Shown: one piece after another, positions 38,051-50,181 of the stretch | How the letters are laid out: each line of letters begins with the position of its first letter | Position numbering within the stretch: position 1 is the first letter of the stretch | Source of the DNA: Acanthaster planci | Lineage: Eukaryota | Length of the DNA stretch: 64,000 bases | Reading direction: 5' to 3' | Assembly: GCF_001949145.1 (NCBI RefSeq) | Contig: NW_019091355.1 | Location: 3,888,646 to 3,952,645, forward strand | Position numbers and translations under genes: made by a program | The notes under the pieces: generated by a model | The model's input: the letters and a program-made list of their open reading frames with translations, nothing else | The model's database searches: none | What the model was told of the DNA's origin: nothing

Positions 38051-40825
38051 GAACTACTGCCATCCCACCCGGAGAAATCGACAACTGCGACGTAACAAAT
38101 GTTCTTGTGGTTGTTAATCAATTTTGTGACGCTGAAATGTGTGAGAAAGAAAATTCTCATATTTTATCACAGACTATAATTATTACAGCTATAGCTTCGC
38201 TGCTTTGCATTAATAAAGTGCTATTGTAAGACACTTTGTAGTAAATACCTGTAACAGATCTTAGGGAGGCATTCGACACCAGGGAGACATTTGAGGGTCT
38301 GACAAGGCTCTAGGTACCAGAGGGAAACCCATTTTTTTCGTATTTGTCCGATTGTTTGACAGTTTAAAGGTGCTACGAAATTATTCACAAAGTTTGTTTG
38401 GTTAGATTTTGTCTTTTTTAAAGTTTAAGGGGGCAAATATTTGTACACAGATCTATGGGAATGTCTCCCTAAAGTGTCCGTTGAAGGTATGTTAATATCG
38501 CCGCAAAATTTTGTTAGTATTATTAGTAGCAACTTTGGCAAGCAAATCTTTCTTTCAAGGATCTGTATCCATGCTTCTTACATGTAAACCTATCAGTAAT
38601 GGCAGAAAACGAGTCCTTATTATTGATAAAACCAAAGTGATTGTAATACCACATCCTACAGTTTGTTCTCTTGAAGGCGCAAAGCCACAATAAAGGCGCC
38701 TTTCCCTATGTACGTTTTTGGGAGCGTTGCGTAGGCCTACACGATGCACCTATGCGTTTCACTTGCACGCACACAAAGATCAACTCCATCAACCAAACAC
38801 TAGTACGCGTTGCGTTCGGCCGTTAAAATCGCCCTGGGAGCGATTTGGACGGATTCACAACCCTTGGCGCAAGTGTTGACGAGCATAATTTTTGTGGAAA
38901 GATTTTCCTGTCTTCTGTGTTATGTTACTCGTTTCGTGCAGGCGCTTCTCTTCATCGCTCTCAAAAACGACACTCAAGCTGAAATGGAGGATAACGGAAA
39001 GACGGCCCAAGTGGTCACGTGAATGAGACCCCGTAACAAGCTATACAACCGCACTTGTGTCAACACAGCAAAAAAACCTCGTTTAGGTCAGAGGAGAGAA
39101 AAACGCATCGCTCAAGCTGACATGGTTAAAGACTTTTGTAGTGCGACTTTTACTCAATGTTCACGGAGTATATCAGCATAGTTCAGATGTGCAGACAGTA
39201 GTATGGACGCTGTATGCAAATCTCCAGTGAATTTTTGAAGTATACAATATCGAGTCCGGAATGGTTGAGAGAACATAATAGAACCAGTGTACACTATGGG
39301 GTACATGGCATTGTCTGAAAAGTAAATTATGTAACAGTGGCAAATAGATTGCTAAGCATTAATAAAGTACTGCAGAAGAAAACAAGATTCTTTGGGATTG
39401 TTTTTAGAATCTACTGCCAGATAAACACGAACTGTAATCTTTTCAACCTTTTCCCAGGGTCTGTAATCAGTAAATCGTCACAGCACCTGGTCGCCATGCA
39501 GGGATGGTACATAAAAATTCATTTCATTGCTGCACGAGTTCAAGCAAGCACCGCCAGGCTGCAGTCGTTGAGCGGGCCGAGTTCGCACTAGAATTAAGGG
39601 CCCAAAGTCAGTTTTGATGACTAAGTTTTGTTTTATGAGGAATATCCTTGGGCAAACAAGCATCATTGAGCCAAGGGGGTCCTCTTAATGGGCAGACTTG
39701 ACTTCCACTATTCTCACCATTTCGGGAGACAGACCATGCAGTATTGGTGACGGTTTCTTTCTTCAACAAAGCCTATAAGACGTCCCATACTGGAGGCATA
39801 CACAACCGAGGGCCAACAAGTTACCCCTGACGAATGCCATGCCATGCACAGTCCAGGCACCATGGTTCAGACGGTGGCGCAGGGGAGGGGGCACGTACGT
39901 CCCAGCGGGAGTAGATGCCACTGGGTTGGCCCCTCTCTGTTTATGTACACGATCAAGCCGTAAAGTTTATCGGCTTGTAGGCCAACATACATTAAAGTTA
40001 CGTTTTGTTATAACGCCTTTGGGTTCAGATCGCTCACGGACAACCTTGAACCTGTATTTGAGATTCAAGAGGTAGGGCCTATAGTCAGGGATACATTTTG
40101 AGCCGTGGCAGGTGCATCATCACACGACGAGGGAGAGTCAACAAGTCAAGGAGGCAGACAAGACTATACTAATGCTTAAATCGTATGAAACTAATTGACA
40201 TATTCAACCGACAGCTGCACATGATCCTGGGATCTCAAGATTGCTACGTAAAGGAACTGGCAGAACAGAGATGCACATTTCTTTGTCAATTTCAATTGTA
40301 AACAGTCAAGATTCCCAGAGGCCTAGCTATCGTCCGGTCCGATCCTTCCTCGCGCGCCCGCGCGTGTATAGTATGAGCTTAACTAATAGGATGATTACGA
40401 ATCCTCCTATTGGTTGAAAGGCCACACAGCTCATTGAATATGCAACGCCAGAAACGACATCCAGCGCGCGAAAATCAGAAACCCCTCAATATTTTTACAC
40501 ATACCGTTTTTGTTGGTGAATTTTTGTCATGCCACGTTCACAACAAGCAAATCAGTATTGGTGAAAGTGAATTACTTGGCTACGGCTAGCCTTCGTCAAA
40601 GCGTTCGTCATTCGTCGCAGCGCCCTCGATGGCGTCAGTCATGCATACACCACTGATCTCTACTATACTGATCAGTGGCATACATGCACCAAACAAGATG
40701 GCGATCGATTGAGTACTGCGGACCGCCTGGCTCTTTTCAACCGTTGAGGGGGTACTTCTAGTAGAGGCGGATAATGGAGATCAATGGTGACACTGGCGCC
40801 CGCTGTTGTCAGTCTATAGGTTATT

Positions 40826-41288
40826 TATGGGTGCATTCCACCAAATGGTTGTATTTCTGCACGCGAGCTCATTATTATTTTGTGATCCCACAGGATTTTT
40901 ACAGTTAGAAAGGCTATAATCAGGAGGCATCATAGAAATATTTCTATCAATCCCGAATTTAGGACTGATAATTTCCAGTTCGGGGTATTTTTTCACTAAA
41001 AGCCCCAAATTGCGGACCTATTTTGGAAAGAGGCGGGCGGCTACATTCAGAAATGAGTGCTCAGTTTTACTGCTATTTTGGGGGTTTCTTCGTTCAAAGG
41101 CGAATAAAAAAATATTTTCGTGGCTAATCCCAATGAAATTGAAACGAAAAGTGATCTGGCCATAATCTTGAATCTCCAGTGAAAAAACAGAGGCCAACCT
41201 CTTCGCGAGAGTCAACAGGCGGCATTTTTTCGGTCCGATTTTGCACTGTTTTCTATGGGCGCGTATTTGGTGTAGTGCAACCCTATGG
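40826..41288. mobile_element. ~460-bp non-autonomous DNA transposon; other copies ~31039-31400 and ~51090-51480 (opposite orientation)
   Basis: Imperfect TIRs (gggtgcattccaccaaat / atttggtgtagtgcaaccc) and three alignable copies. Confidence 0.65.
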
Positions 41289-41661
41289 GCCATGAGCATA
41301 TAGTACGTGTGCAGTGCAGACAACTCTTTAAGGTTAGTAACAACTTACGTGTGCAGGGGATAGAGCCTGAGGGTGAAGGGTCACACCGCGAGCTTCCGGA
41401 ACCCTCGCACTGTCCATCTATCCGCCCAAAGTTGAAGTGCATCCCAATCGGCGAAAGAAAGACAGGTGGTTACAAGCGGGTTCTTCCACGCGTTCTGCGT
41501 GTACGCAAAGACCATACAAGCCGGAATAAATTCTTAGCTACGCGTACTCAGCGTGCTCCGCGTCAAACCCGCATATACTTGCGCGCCTGCGCCTCACGGC
41601 CCGCCTAGGCCGTTTTCCAATACTCAACCTGTAGAGAGGAGACAGTGAGAAGCAGTTACAG

Positions 41662-41822
41662 TTTTAGAGGTGGGAGGAAAACCCCAAAGGAACATGCTGG
41701 GTAAAACCCACGGACTCAGGTAGGGACAGTAAGCCCAATCCACGTGTGGACAGAGCGGGGATTCGAACCCGGGCCGCAGAGGTGGAAGGCGAGGAAAGAA
41801 CCACTACACCAACCTGACTCCG
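41662..41822 (-). mobile_element. tRNA-derived SINE (V-SINE-like), nested inside a MITE (41606-41938)
   Basis: On the minus strand: A box tggtgtagtgg, B box ggttcgaatcc, then ...gggttttcctcccac (V-domain-like). Flanking TIRs ggccgttttccaatactcaac / gttgagtattggaacacggcc. Confidence 0.75.
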
Positions 41823-42099
41823 CTTAATATTTGATGTTTTATGGCACTATCAGACTAATTAGTGCGCTTGCAGCTTCAAAGTCATAAAAAAGTTGAAGCC
41901 TGAGACAGAGCCGAGTTGAGTATTGGAACACGGCCCTATACGGTGAGTACCAAAAAAATAACCTCTTTTGTTCTGCCTCGAGCGAATTTTGGATAACGTT
42001 TAAATAAACAAAAGTTTACTGACCAAAACACAAAACACATGCGCAATAACATATAAACTCGCTCTGATCATTCTTTTAATGACATATCATTTTCGTTGC

Positions 42100-43620
42100 A
42101 CATTTCAATGAAATTCTAAGCACAGACTAAGAGTGCATAAAGTGTACATTCTTTTTTGTCAAGTTGGGACACAGAAAACTTCAACAAGATCCTCTTGAAA
42201 CGAAAAACAGCTTCGAGAAAGACGGTTTGACAAGACGTCGTGACGTTGAGCGTCGCGTTCGCATCTGACTGTACTATAGTTCAGTTTCACTCACAACGGA
42301 AAGATAGTTTATTGACAAATTGTACACATTTGGAAAGACAAATGATGAAGTGTCACTAAACTTCGTGTCGAATGCAAAAGAGTGCTTTGAGCAGTAGTCG
42401 GAAAGTTGAATTTGTTGGAACACATGAAGGCCTAGTACACATGGCGTATCTATCAGACAGAGGCAGGGAGGTGACGCCTCCACACGCGAGTGTTTTTTTT
42501 TTGGGGGTACCTTTTTTGTTAGGCTATCTATATAAGGTAACCTCATTCAAGGTTGATTGGTTACACAGATAGCCAATCGTCACGTGAGCAGTGTAAGCCC
42601 TGTTTTGTCGTCAGTCTTGTTAAAGCTCCCCGGGTGTCGATGGGATTATTAAACACTAAGGACAGCAAAGCAGAGTTCAAACTCATGATGCAGAATCCAC
42701 CGTTACCCGCCTGGGATCTTCTCTCGAAAGAGCCCATTATTCTTTTTATTAACTGTGTAAGAGAGTGCGTCAGACTTATTGCCATCCTCAATTTCATGTT
42801 TGTACAAAAGGCTTGTTTTGATTCCGAACTTTTTATCCAGAGATGCCCGAATAATCCCTTTTTGAGTCAATGATATATTTCAGCTAAAGATAAACAAACG
42901 GGTATTAAATCCAACACCTGTCCACATACTTTAAACCGATCGGGGCAGGTTCGTTATATTGTAATTCACCTGAAGATAACAATTTGAATTGCCCGTAATA
43001 AAGCCACTCTTGCCATACCTCGTGACTCGGGGTAATAACTCCGTGTACCAGATTTTATTCACATTTATTTGGCAAATCGCTTATAAAAAGTTGCATTTAT
43101 TTTTAACTGCGCGGTGGTCAGTGCAGACTTTTACGTACATATACCTGTTCTCAGTTTCCGAGTGACTGTTCGCAACCGTAACGAATTCCCCCGGTCTAGT
43201 GATCCTCTGTGCTGTGGTCATAAGTGCAGCTGGTCATTTAGGTTTAGTCGTTTTGGTTTTGTTTTGCTTAAGGTCCCTCTCTGTCTGCCATCGATCAGAT
43301 ACGGTAAACTGAACGTGTACCACTCCCCTATAGCTCCCGGCTCAACGATGTGTTTGGAAGTGCGGAAGCGAATTAAACACCATGCCAAAAAAATGTGCTG
43401 CGGAGCGAGTTGAAAATGTGTTAAAGTTTCGTGAATTTGCAGCGCAAATGCATGTGGGCCTATGATCTGACATCACGAATTTTCGCTCGTGTTGGCTGTT
43501 GCGCCAAATATATGAATATGTCTTTACAAGTAATTCTAGCACCATATACGATACGTAAATGCGTAAAAAAAACGTAAAAAATTCTCTCTGTGCCTTTCAA
43601 ATCAAACACGCAATAGTAAT
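42100..43620 (+). pseudogene. 5'-only SAPLIP remnant with dead start codon
   Basis: Exon-1 homolog 43178-43232 reads GTA-ACG-AAT-TCC-CCC-GGT-CTA-GTG-ATC-CTC-TGT-GCT-GTG-GTC-ATA-AGT-GCA-GCT-G|gt, i.e. ATG replaced by GTA. The TATA region is disrupted, intron-1 similarity follows, and then a LINE remnant. No exons 2-5. Confidence 0.75.
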
Positions 43621-43869
43621 GACACTGATAAGGATGAAGTAACTGGTCACATGTTTATTATAATACTGCAATATTAACCACCCAGAAATAATAATCTAAA
43701 AAACAGTTATTAACTATTTCACTTATTCCTTCTATTATATTTCACTTATAACTTCTGTAATCACACGATTAAGTTGTTTCTTAGGCCCCGGGCACCAGTT
43801 TTCCTCAGGTCGCATCCTGCCCTGAAAACCAGCAACAATTTCAAGTTCTCGGATCCAGCTTGTTCTTGA

Positions 43870-44640
43870 TGAATAAGCATAATGGAAAAGAAACAATAAC
43901 ATGAAACTAAACCCTTTTAAACATTTAGCGAGCAGCCAATTCCACACGAACGCCTTTCTTTGACGAATGTGGATCTATGTGCCCGTCAGTGAAGTCAAAA
44001 TCTTAGAAACTGCGGTGCAGCGTAAGTTGAAATTTGTCACCCAAATAATCAAAAGGTGCAATAGAAAGGTGTACATGACTTGTACAATTATGCTTCGTAG
44101 CCTGAAACGTTTCAACGTACCACTGATCGATTTGGTCACTGTGTATTCTGGCTACATAGGACCCGTGCTCGACTATGGTTCCTTCCCGTTTTTAATGGCT
44201 CACAAACAAAAACGCACGTTAGAGAATTAGAAAAATAATCAACAGAGGAGCTTGTAAGACCATACTGGTCAGTGACTACAACCCACACACCGTCAGCAGC
44301 CCTCCACACTTGCAACCTGCACACCCTAGAAAGGAGAAAACAAACTGTGCCTTTAATTTTGTTCACAGTCTTGAAAATAAAAACCCAGACGTCTGACTGG
44401 CTGCCTGTAAAACAAACTCCTCAGTATGCATTAACAGCAATTAGGGCGATTCACAATAGTGCGCCCCCATGAGTCTGCAACGCGTTGGCCAATCACAACG
44501 CGCGAAATTTGGCGACCCTTTCCAAAGGCGCATTGGGTCGACAGATTTTGCGCATTGTGATTGGTGGCGCACTATTGTGAATCGCCCGTATTCAGTTGTA
44601 AGACAAAAAGGTTAAGGGCAGCGCACTACCTTACTTAATA
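43870..44640 (+). mobile_element. Non-LTR retrotransposon (CR1/L2/Crack-type) ORF2 3' remnant, interrupted by a MITE
   Basis: WKRNNNMKLNPFK...VSEVKIL...IIKRCNRKVYM..MLRSLKRFNVPLIDLVTVYSGYIGPVLDYG...ELEK..RACKTIL...ALHTCNLHTLERR. These are post-RT thumb/C-terminal motifs of L2/CR1-group elements, followed by an AT-rich tail. Confidence 0.78.
44444..44587. mobile_element. ~150-bp palindromic MITE (GGGCGATTCACAATAGTGCGCC...GGCGCACTATTGTGAATCGCCC)
   Basis: 22-bp TIR. Further copies at 30112-30266, ~54292-54456 and ~61325-61494. Confidence 0.82.
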
Positions 44641-47498
44641 AGCCTAAAAAATAAAAACCTAAAAAATAATCAGAAAAAGTTTTATCCGTTTAATTTTATC
44701 ATTTGTATTTTGGATATATATGTACATATTTTACTTGATTTTAAAGGGCTCAAAATTGTAAATGTAAGGATGGCTGTTGGGATTTCACTTAAACTGTCTT
44801 ACTTTTTGTGTGACAAATCAATTTTTAAAATCACTTTTATTATACCTTTTGTATATTTTTTTTAATCATTAAAAAATACTTGATCATTCGAAAATGTTTT
44901 ATTTTTTTTTTAGTGAGCATTGATTGTAATTGCCACTTGTTACTTGTTTCATTGGAAACTAATAGTATTTTACATTCATGAGTATGATAATATGTATTTT
45001 GACCATTTTTATGGAAACAATTGGTGTAGTATTGTAATCATAAGCCTCTGGCCACTGCAATACATGAGTTTATGGTAAACCAGTCACTGAAGTGAACTGA
45101 ATTATGCTAGAAAGCAACAAAGCTTGTTTTTTTGCTGTTGGTGCTGTGTGATAGCTAGTTGGAAGCACTCTTTCAATCGAAACTTGACAGAGATACACAA
45201 AACCAAACAACTGTGTTTTCATAGCACCCGTGGTATTTTACTGATGGCATAGGCCCTTAAATTTTTCGTAGGCCCTGTACGCACCTGCTGTGCCTGCTCG
45301 ATAACGTGACCCTGACTACAGACTAATCCGATTAGACGCTGTAACTGCGGTAGCCTTGTCCAAGCCGGTATACGCGACCGTTCGACCCCAGGAGAGATCC
45401 AGGCCATACGCACGCAAACACAGCAAACGAGCTGCCTCCCTAGTACGGTACAACGGCGAACCGCAACGGATCCCTGTACACCGACTTACAAACCGAACTA
45501 CCGCAGACACGTGTGCGTGTACATAACCCCACGTACGTACATGTACGTGCGTCACGCGTCAGCTGTCCGTATCATGATGTCGAGTCGAAAAGGTTAACGG
45601 ACGAGGCACGCACGTGAGCAAGCTGAGAGCGGCGTAACAGCTTTCCCTGTCACTCACAAAGCATGACGGCCCGAGTGCAATGCACCATACGTGTTAAAAG
45701 GAAACCTGCTGCATTGAAGGGTATTGCGCAACACACATGCAGTGGATCTGTCACGCAAGTAAGAGCAGGCCTGACAGCCGGGGTTGTCAGAGTCATCACC
45801 CAACGCCTTGGTTAAGGCTATAACTGCGGTGCCTCCGCACCATTCATTTCCACCATCAAGTGTTTCTAACGGAGATCAATGCTCAGCGCTCGCTGGCACG
45901 TCCTTCAGCTTGACGGGCTCATGCATTTGGCAAATCACAATACCCCGTCCGCTCCGAGTGCAACAAACGAGGGCTTTGTTTTTTTAATCATCGCATAAGC
46001 GTGCATTTATAATGGCGATAAATGGTGCGTTTTGATTTTAGACACTTATGTGCAGCGTGATCTACATGTTTTGCGTGCACAAAGCCGAGAGCTACCAGAT
46101 AGTTATTAGGTTCACTTATTAGCAATCCGGCAGGGGCGTTTTTTTGTCATGTTATTGTAATTTTGTATTGACCTGCGAAATAATAAAATGAAAATGAAAT
46201 CCAGCCATGTGCCGTGCACGGTACACTATGGCGCGTTACACGCTCACCAACAAACATGTATACGTGCAAATTATGTGTCGGAGACGGTGTACATGTTCAT
46301 TTGGTTCGTGCATGGTACATGTAAAACTGGCGGGGATATATACCATGAATTTGTAAATTTCCTGACAATGTTACAATGGCAGATAGACCTCGGTTTCAAT
46401 AATAAACTTGAATTTGACTCACTGTACTTTTGTGTTCGCCTTTCGTTCCCAGGTCACTCAATTCTTACGCTCGCAAGTCTGTAAGATTATTTGGGATAAA
46501 CGGAATCGGTGCCGAGTTAGGTCGATATGCAAACGCACCCGGTCGGGAAGAGAAAAATATCCTGCGCAAAACCGTCAGCAAATCTGAAACCGTCACTCCT
46601 TTCTCCACCACAGCCCACTTTTGAAAACTTGAGGAAACTTCGAATTCTTTGTTTCGAGCCTTCAAAAACCGCATCAAAACGTAAACAAACTACCGCTTAA
46701 AAAGAGAGATGTTCACAAAAATCACTAGTTTTGACTACTCTGGTACTATTTCTCAATTTTATTTTTTACAAAACACGTTAGGAAAAGGTACGGAGCCCCT
46801 AATGTATTACGAGCGCAAGAAAGTATTTCGAGTGCATGCACGAAATAATTTCGTGCGCACGAAACACAAACTGAAATTATTTTTGTATTCCGAGTTTGTT
46901 TTCAACGCATGTCCCCTTAGGAACTCTATAAAAATTCCTTAGGCATTTTATTCAAAAAATGGGACGTAAATTTTATGAAATGAAGCAGCTGCTCGCCCGG
47001 CGCGAGTTCTCATGGCCCTCATTACGTATGCAAATGATCCTAAATATGGGACATGCGCACTTTATAATTTCCCTCTGAAACATACGTATGCAGCCTGGGT
47101 TTGCGTCGTGTTTGCGTCGTAGCCCCGTGCGCCTCGAGAAAAGGCTAGTTTCAGGGGGCACTAAAATGGAAATTATTGCCCCCAAAACTATCCGTCCCAT
47201 AGAAATAAAAGCACATAGACCACCAGTCTTGTGCGTATAACCGTGATTTTGAAAAGCGTGGGCAAGCAGTGGGCGAAACGATGAATGGCAGCGCGTTTAG
47301 TGCGAATTGCGCGTGACGCTTTAAGATTATATTGCATCTCTTTTTTTTCAACTTGTTGCAACCGCACTGTTTCGAATCTGCATGGGCCAGATTAAGTAAC
47401 CAGAGGATTTTTTCCCAATCCGGAAATGGCTTCATAGCCTTTTATGGCTGGAATTCTTTAACTGTGTGTAAATTCCCTATACCAAGAGGTAAATTTGC

Positions 47499-47653
47499 CA
47501 TATGCAGCAAGGTATGNNNNNNNNNNNNNNNNNNNNNNNNNNNNNNNNNNNNNNNNNNNNNNNNNNNNNNNNNNNNNNNNNNNNNNNNGGAATGTGTATA
47601 GGGATTGGATATGTTAAGGTGGTACCCCTAGGTCTCATTTCTTGCTGGGTATA
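47499..47653 (-). mobile_element. Same MITE family; contains assembly gap 47517-47588
   Basis: Both termini present; degenerate TSD aaatttgc/gaattttc. Confidence 0.8.
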
Positions 47654-50021
47654 GAATTTTCCCACGCTTTTGGATTTAGTCGGGTGCCGTCTCGACTAAG
47701 GTATCCTGCCGTTGTTTTGAATAGGGGATGTCCGTCTATGTGTTTATATGTCTGTGATCCGCCCTGAGTTGAAGTGCACCCTCACCGGCGTAAAAAGACA
47801 GATTGGTATTAAGTTTCCCAACCAGGTTCTTGCACGCGTTCGGTGTACACGCAAAGACCGTGCGTTCCAGTATAAATTCGTTGCGCGTACTCAGGGTGCT
47901 CCGCGTCAACGTGCGTGCCTACACGGTGAGTTCGTACCAATGGGCTGTCAATCTTATTCAAAAACACGCCTTCGTTTGTTCCTGCTCGGAGCAGATACAC
48001 ACAGACATGTTTTTGGCTATAGACATATCCGACGAGGCGCCATTCCGAGGGGCCATTACACTCACGTAGTTGTCTCAACCCGAGCGCGCACGCGCACTTC
48101 GGCAATTGACAACAGCCTATTGGGCCAAGGAAGAATTTCACGTGGGTGCACCGCCTGCGTGCGAATAGGATGGCCCCGTAGTAACCCTCTGTTTCGACGC
48201 CACAACAATCAGCACACTGTCGAAATCAACAAAGGAATTATTCTTTCATAGAATCTGTCCTTGTCAGCCATTTCATCTATTTCAGGATCATTACTAAAAA
48301 CCGACACAAAATACACAGCTCGATGAAATATCTAAAACAGTCATTACCATTACCGTGGTTGGAAAATTCCATTTGTCACGCATTTAAATCCGTTACCACT
48401 GCATTCACAAATGTCTGTGACTGGGTACAAAATTTTGTTTTGAGATTTGCATTCACTGCCACACGCAAAGTTTGTTCACCTGAAACACGGATGAAAAAAG
48501 TTTATTGACCAACACAAAATACACGCATGAATACTGCTGCTCGGAATTACATGAGAACTCGCAATGATTCTTTGAGTGAAATCCCTTTTCCAGGGGCGTA
48601 AATCTGCGTCGGAAATTGGGGGAATGGGGAAGGGGAATTGTGTGTGTGGGGTGACTTGCCCGGCCATTGAAATTTGAAAAGCGGGGGGGGGATTGACAAA
48701 ATATGACACAGGGCGATGTTAATAATACAGATGTACATCTGTAATATGTATTAGACATTCATACAGAATCTTGCATCAGAATGGCTTATTTATGGCTTTT
48801 TAATGTTCTCCCTTGTCGAGTGATATTGAATACATTTTAGATGTTTGGAGGTCCGAAATATTCTTCACAATATGCTTTAATTTTTCTTGTACCACGAAAA
48901 AATTATTCAATAGCCAACCCCCAAACCCCTAGTTGTGTGTGTGTGGCGTTGTGTGGGTGTATACCCCCTTGCCCTGCAGCCTGAGATTTAAGCCATTTCT
49001 TTTTCATCGCACACAAGAAATTCTCGGTACAGACAAAGAGCTCATAAAGCGCATACTGTTGTTTTTTTTTCAAATTGTGACACAGAAAAATCCAGCAAGA
49101 GCGTCTTGTTGGACAAACTGAAATGAAAAACAGCAGCGGGAAAGACCGGTTTTTGAAGATGTCGTGACGTTGAGCATCGCGAGCGCATCTGAAACTATAG
49201 TTTCTGATTTCACAACGGAGAGATATTTATTGACAAATTGTACACGGCATTTTGAAAAACAAATGCTGCAGTGTTACGTAAGTAAGAAGGGTGTTGATAA
49301 GCAATAGTTGGAAAGTTGAATCTGTTCGGAACTGTGGTGGCGTACCCAGCGAAAGATAGGGGTGCAACCCCCTCCCTTCAGATAGGTTGCCTTTTTTTCT
49401 CATTTTTTAACTTTTCTTTGTAAAGTTATATGAAGTAATCTGATTTAAGTTTATGATTGGTTCAACAGACATAAAATTGTCACGTGTTAAAGCTCCCCCG
49501 TTTCTGCTGGGTTAGCACTTTATTAACTGAAAGAGCAAAGAGTTACAAACACATAATGCAGAAACCACCGTTGCCCGTCTGAGATTCTCCCTCAAGACGA
49601 CCGATTTTATTAACCCTGTGTGATGCAGTATCCACGTCTTTATTGCCATTCCAATTTCATGTTTTTTACAAAAGGTTTGTTTTTAGCGCGTTTTAGAAAC
49701 GGTTCTCGGTGCTCGTTCAATTAAACAGGGAAGATTTTAATACCCAATAAAATCAACGCGTCACTTTTGATGCAGAGATGCCCGAATCACTGGCAGCGAA
49801 AGCGGCGGGGCCAGGGGGCCAGTGCCCCCCCCCCACTTTTTCGACTGGGGAGGGGGATGGTCGCCCCACTTTTGCAGGGCCTATTAATGGAGTGGGGCTT
49901 AATGGATCGGCCATTTGCTCAATGATGTATTTCAGCCAAGGATTAAAAAAATGGTTATTGAATCAACCATCTGTCCAGAAACTTCATGGAAAACCCATGC
50001 TGATAGCGTGCAGGTTCACTA

Positions 50022-50028
50022 TATATAA
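50022..50028 (+). promoter_or_regulatory. TATA box of SAPLIP copy 3
   Basis: TATATAA 160 nt upstream of ATG 50182, positionally conserved among paralogs. Confidence 0.7.
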
Positions 50029-50181
50029 GACCCAACTATGTCCACTTCCTACGAGATTCGTCCTGCAGCAACTTTAACCAGCTACTCACCGTGGGCCTTC
50101 CAGTTGCATTTATTAACTTGCAATCAGTGTAGACGTTTGCGTACATCCGTGGTGGCAATATTTGAGTGACTGCTCACAACC

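Noticed and set aside
41740..41822. Functional tRNA gene
   Set aside because: A and B boxes are present but continue into a SINE body, with no proper acceptor stem or terminator.
47748..48251. 167-aa plus-strand ORF
   Set aside because: Built from the duplicated upstream block (also at 41410-41580) plus repeat sequence; the frame is not conserved in the paralog.
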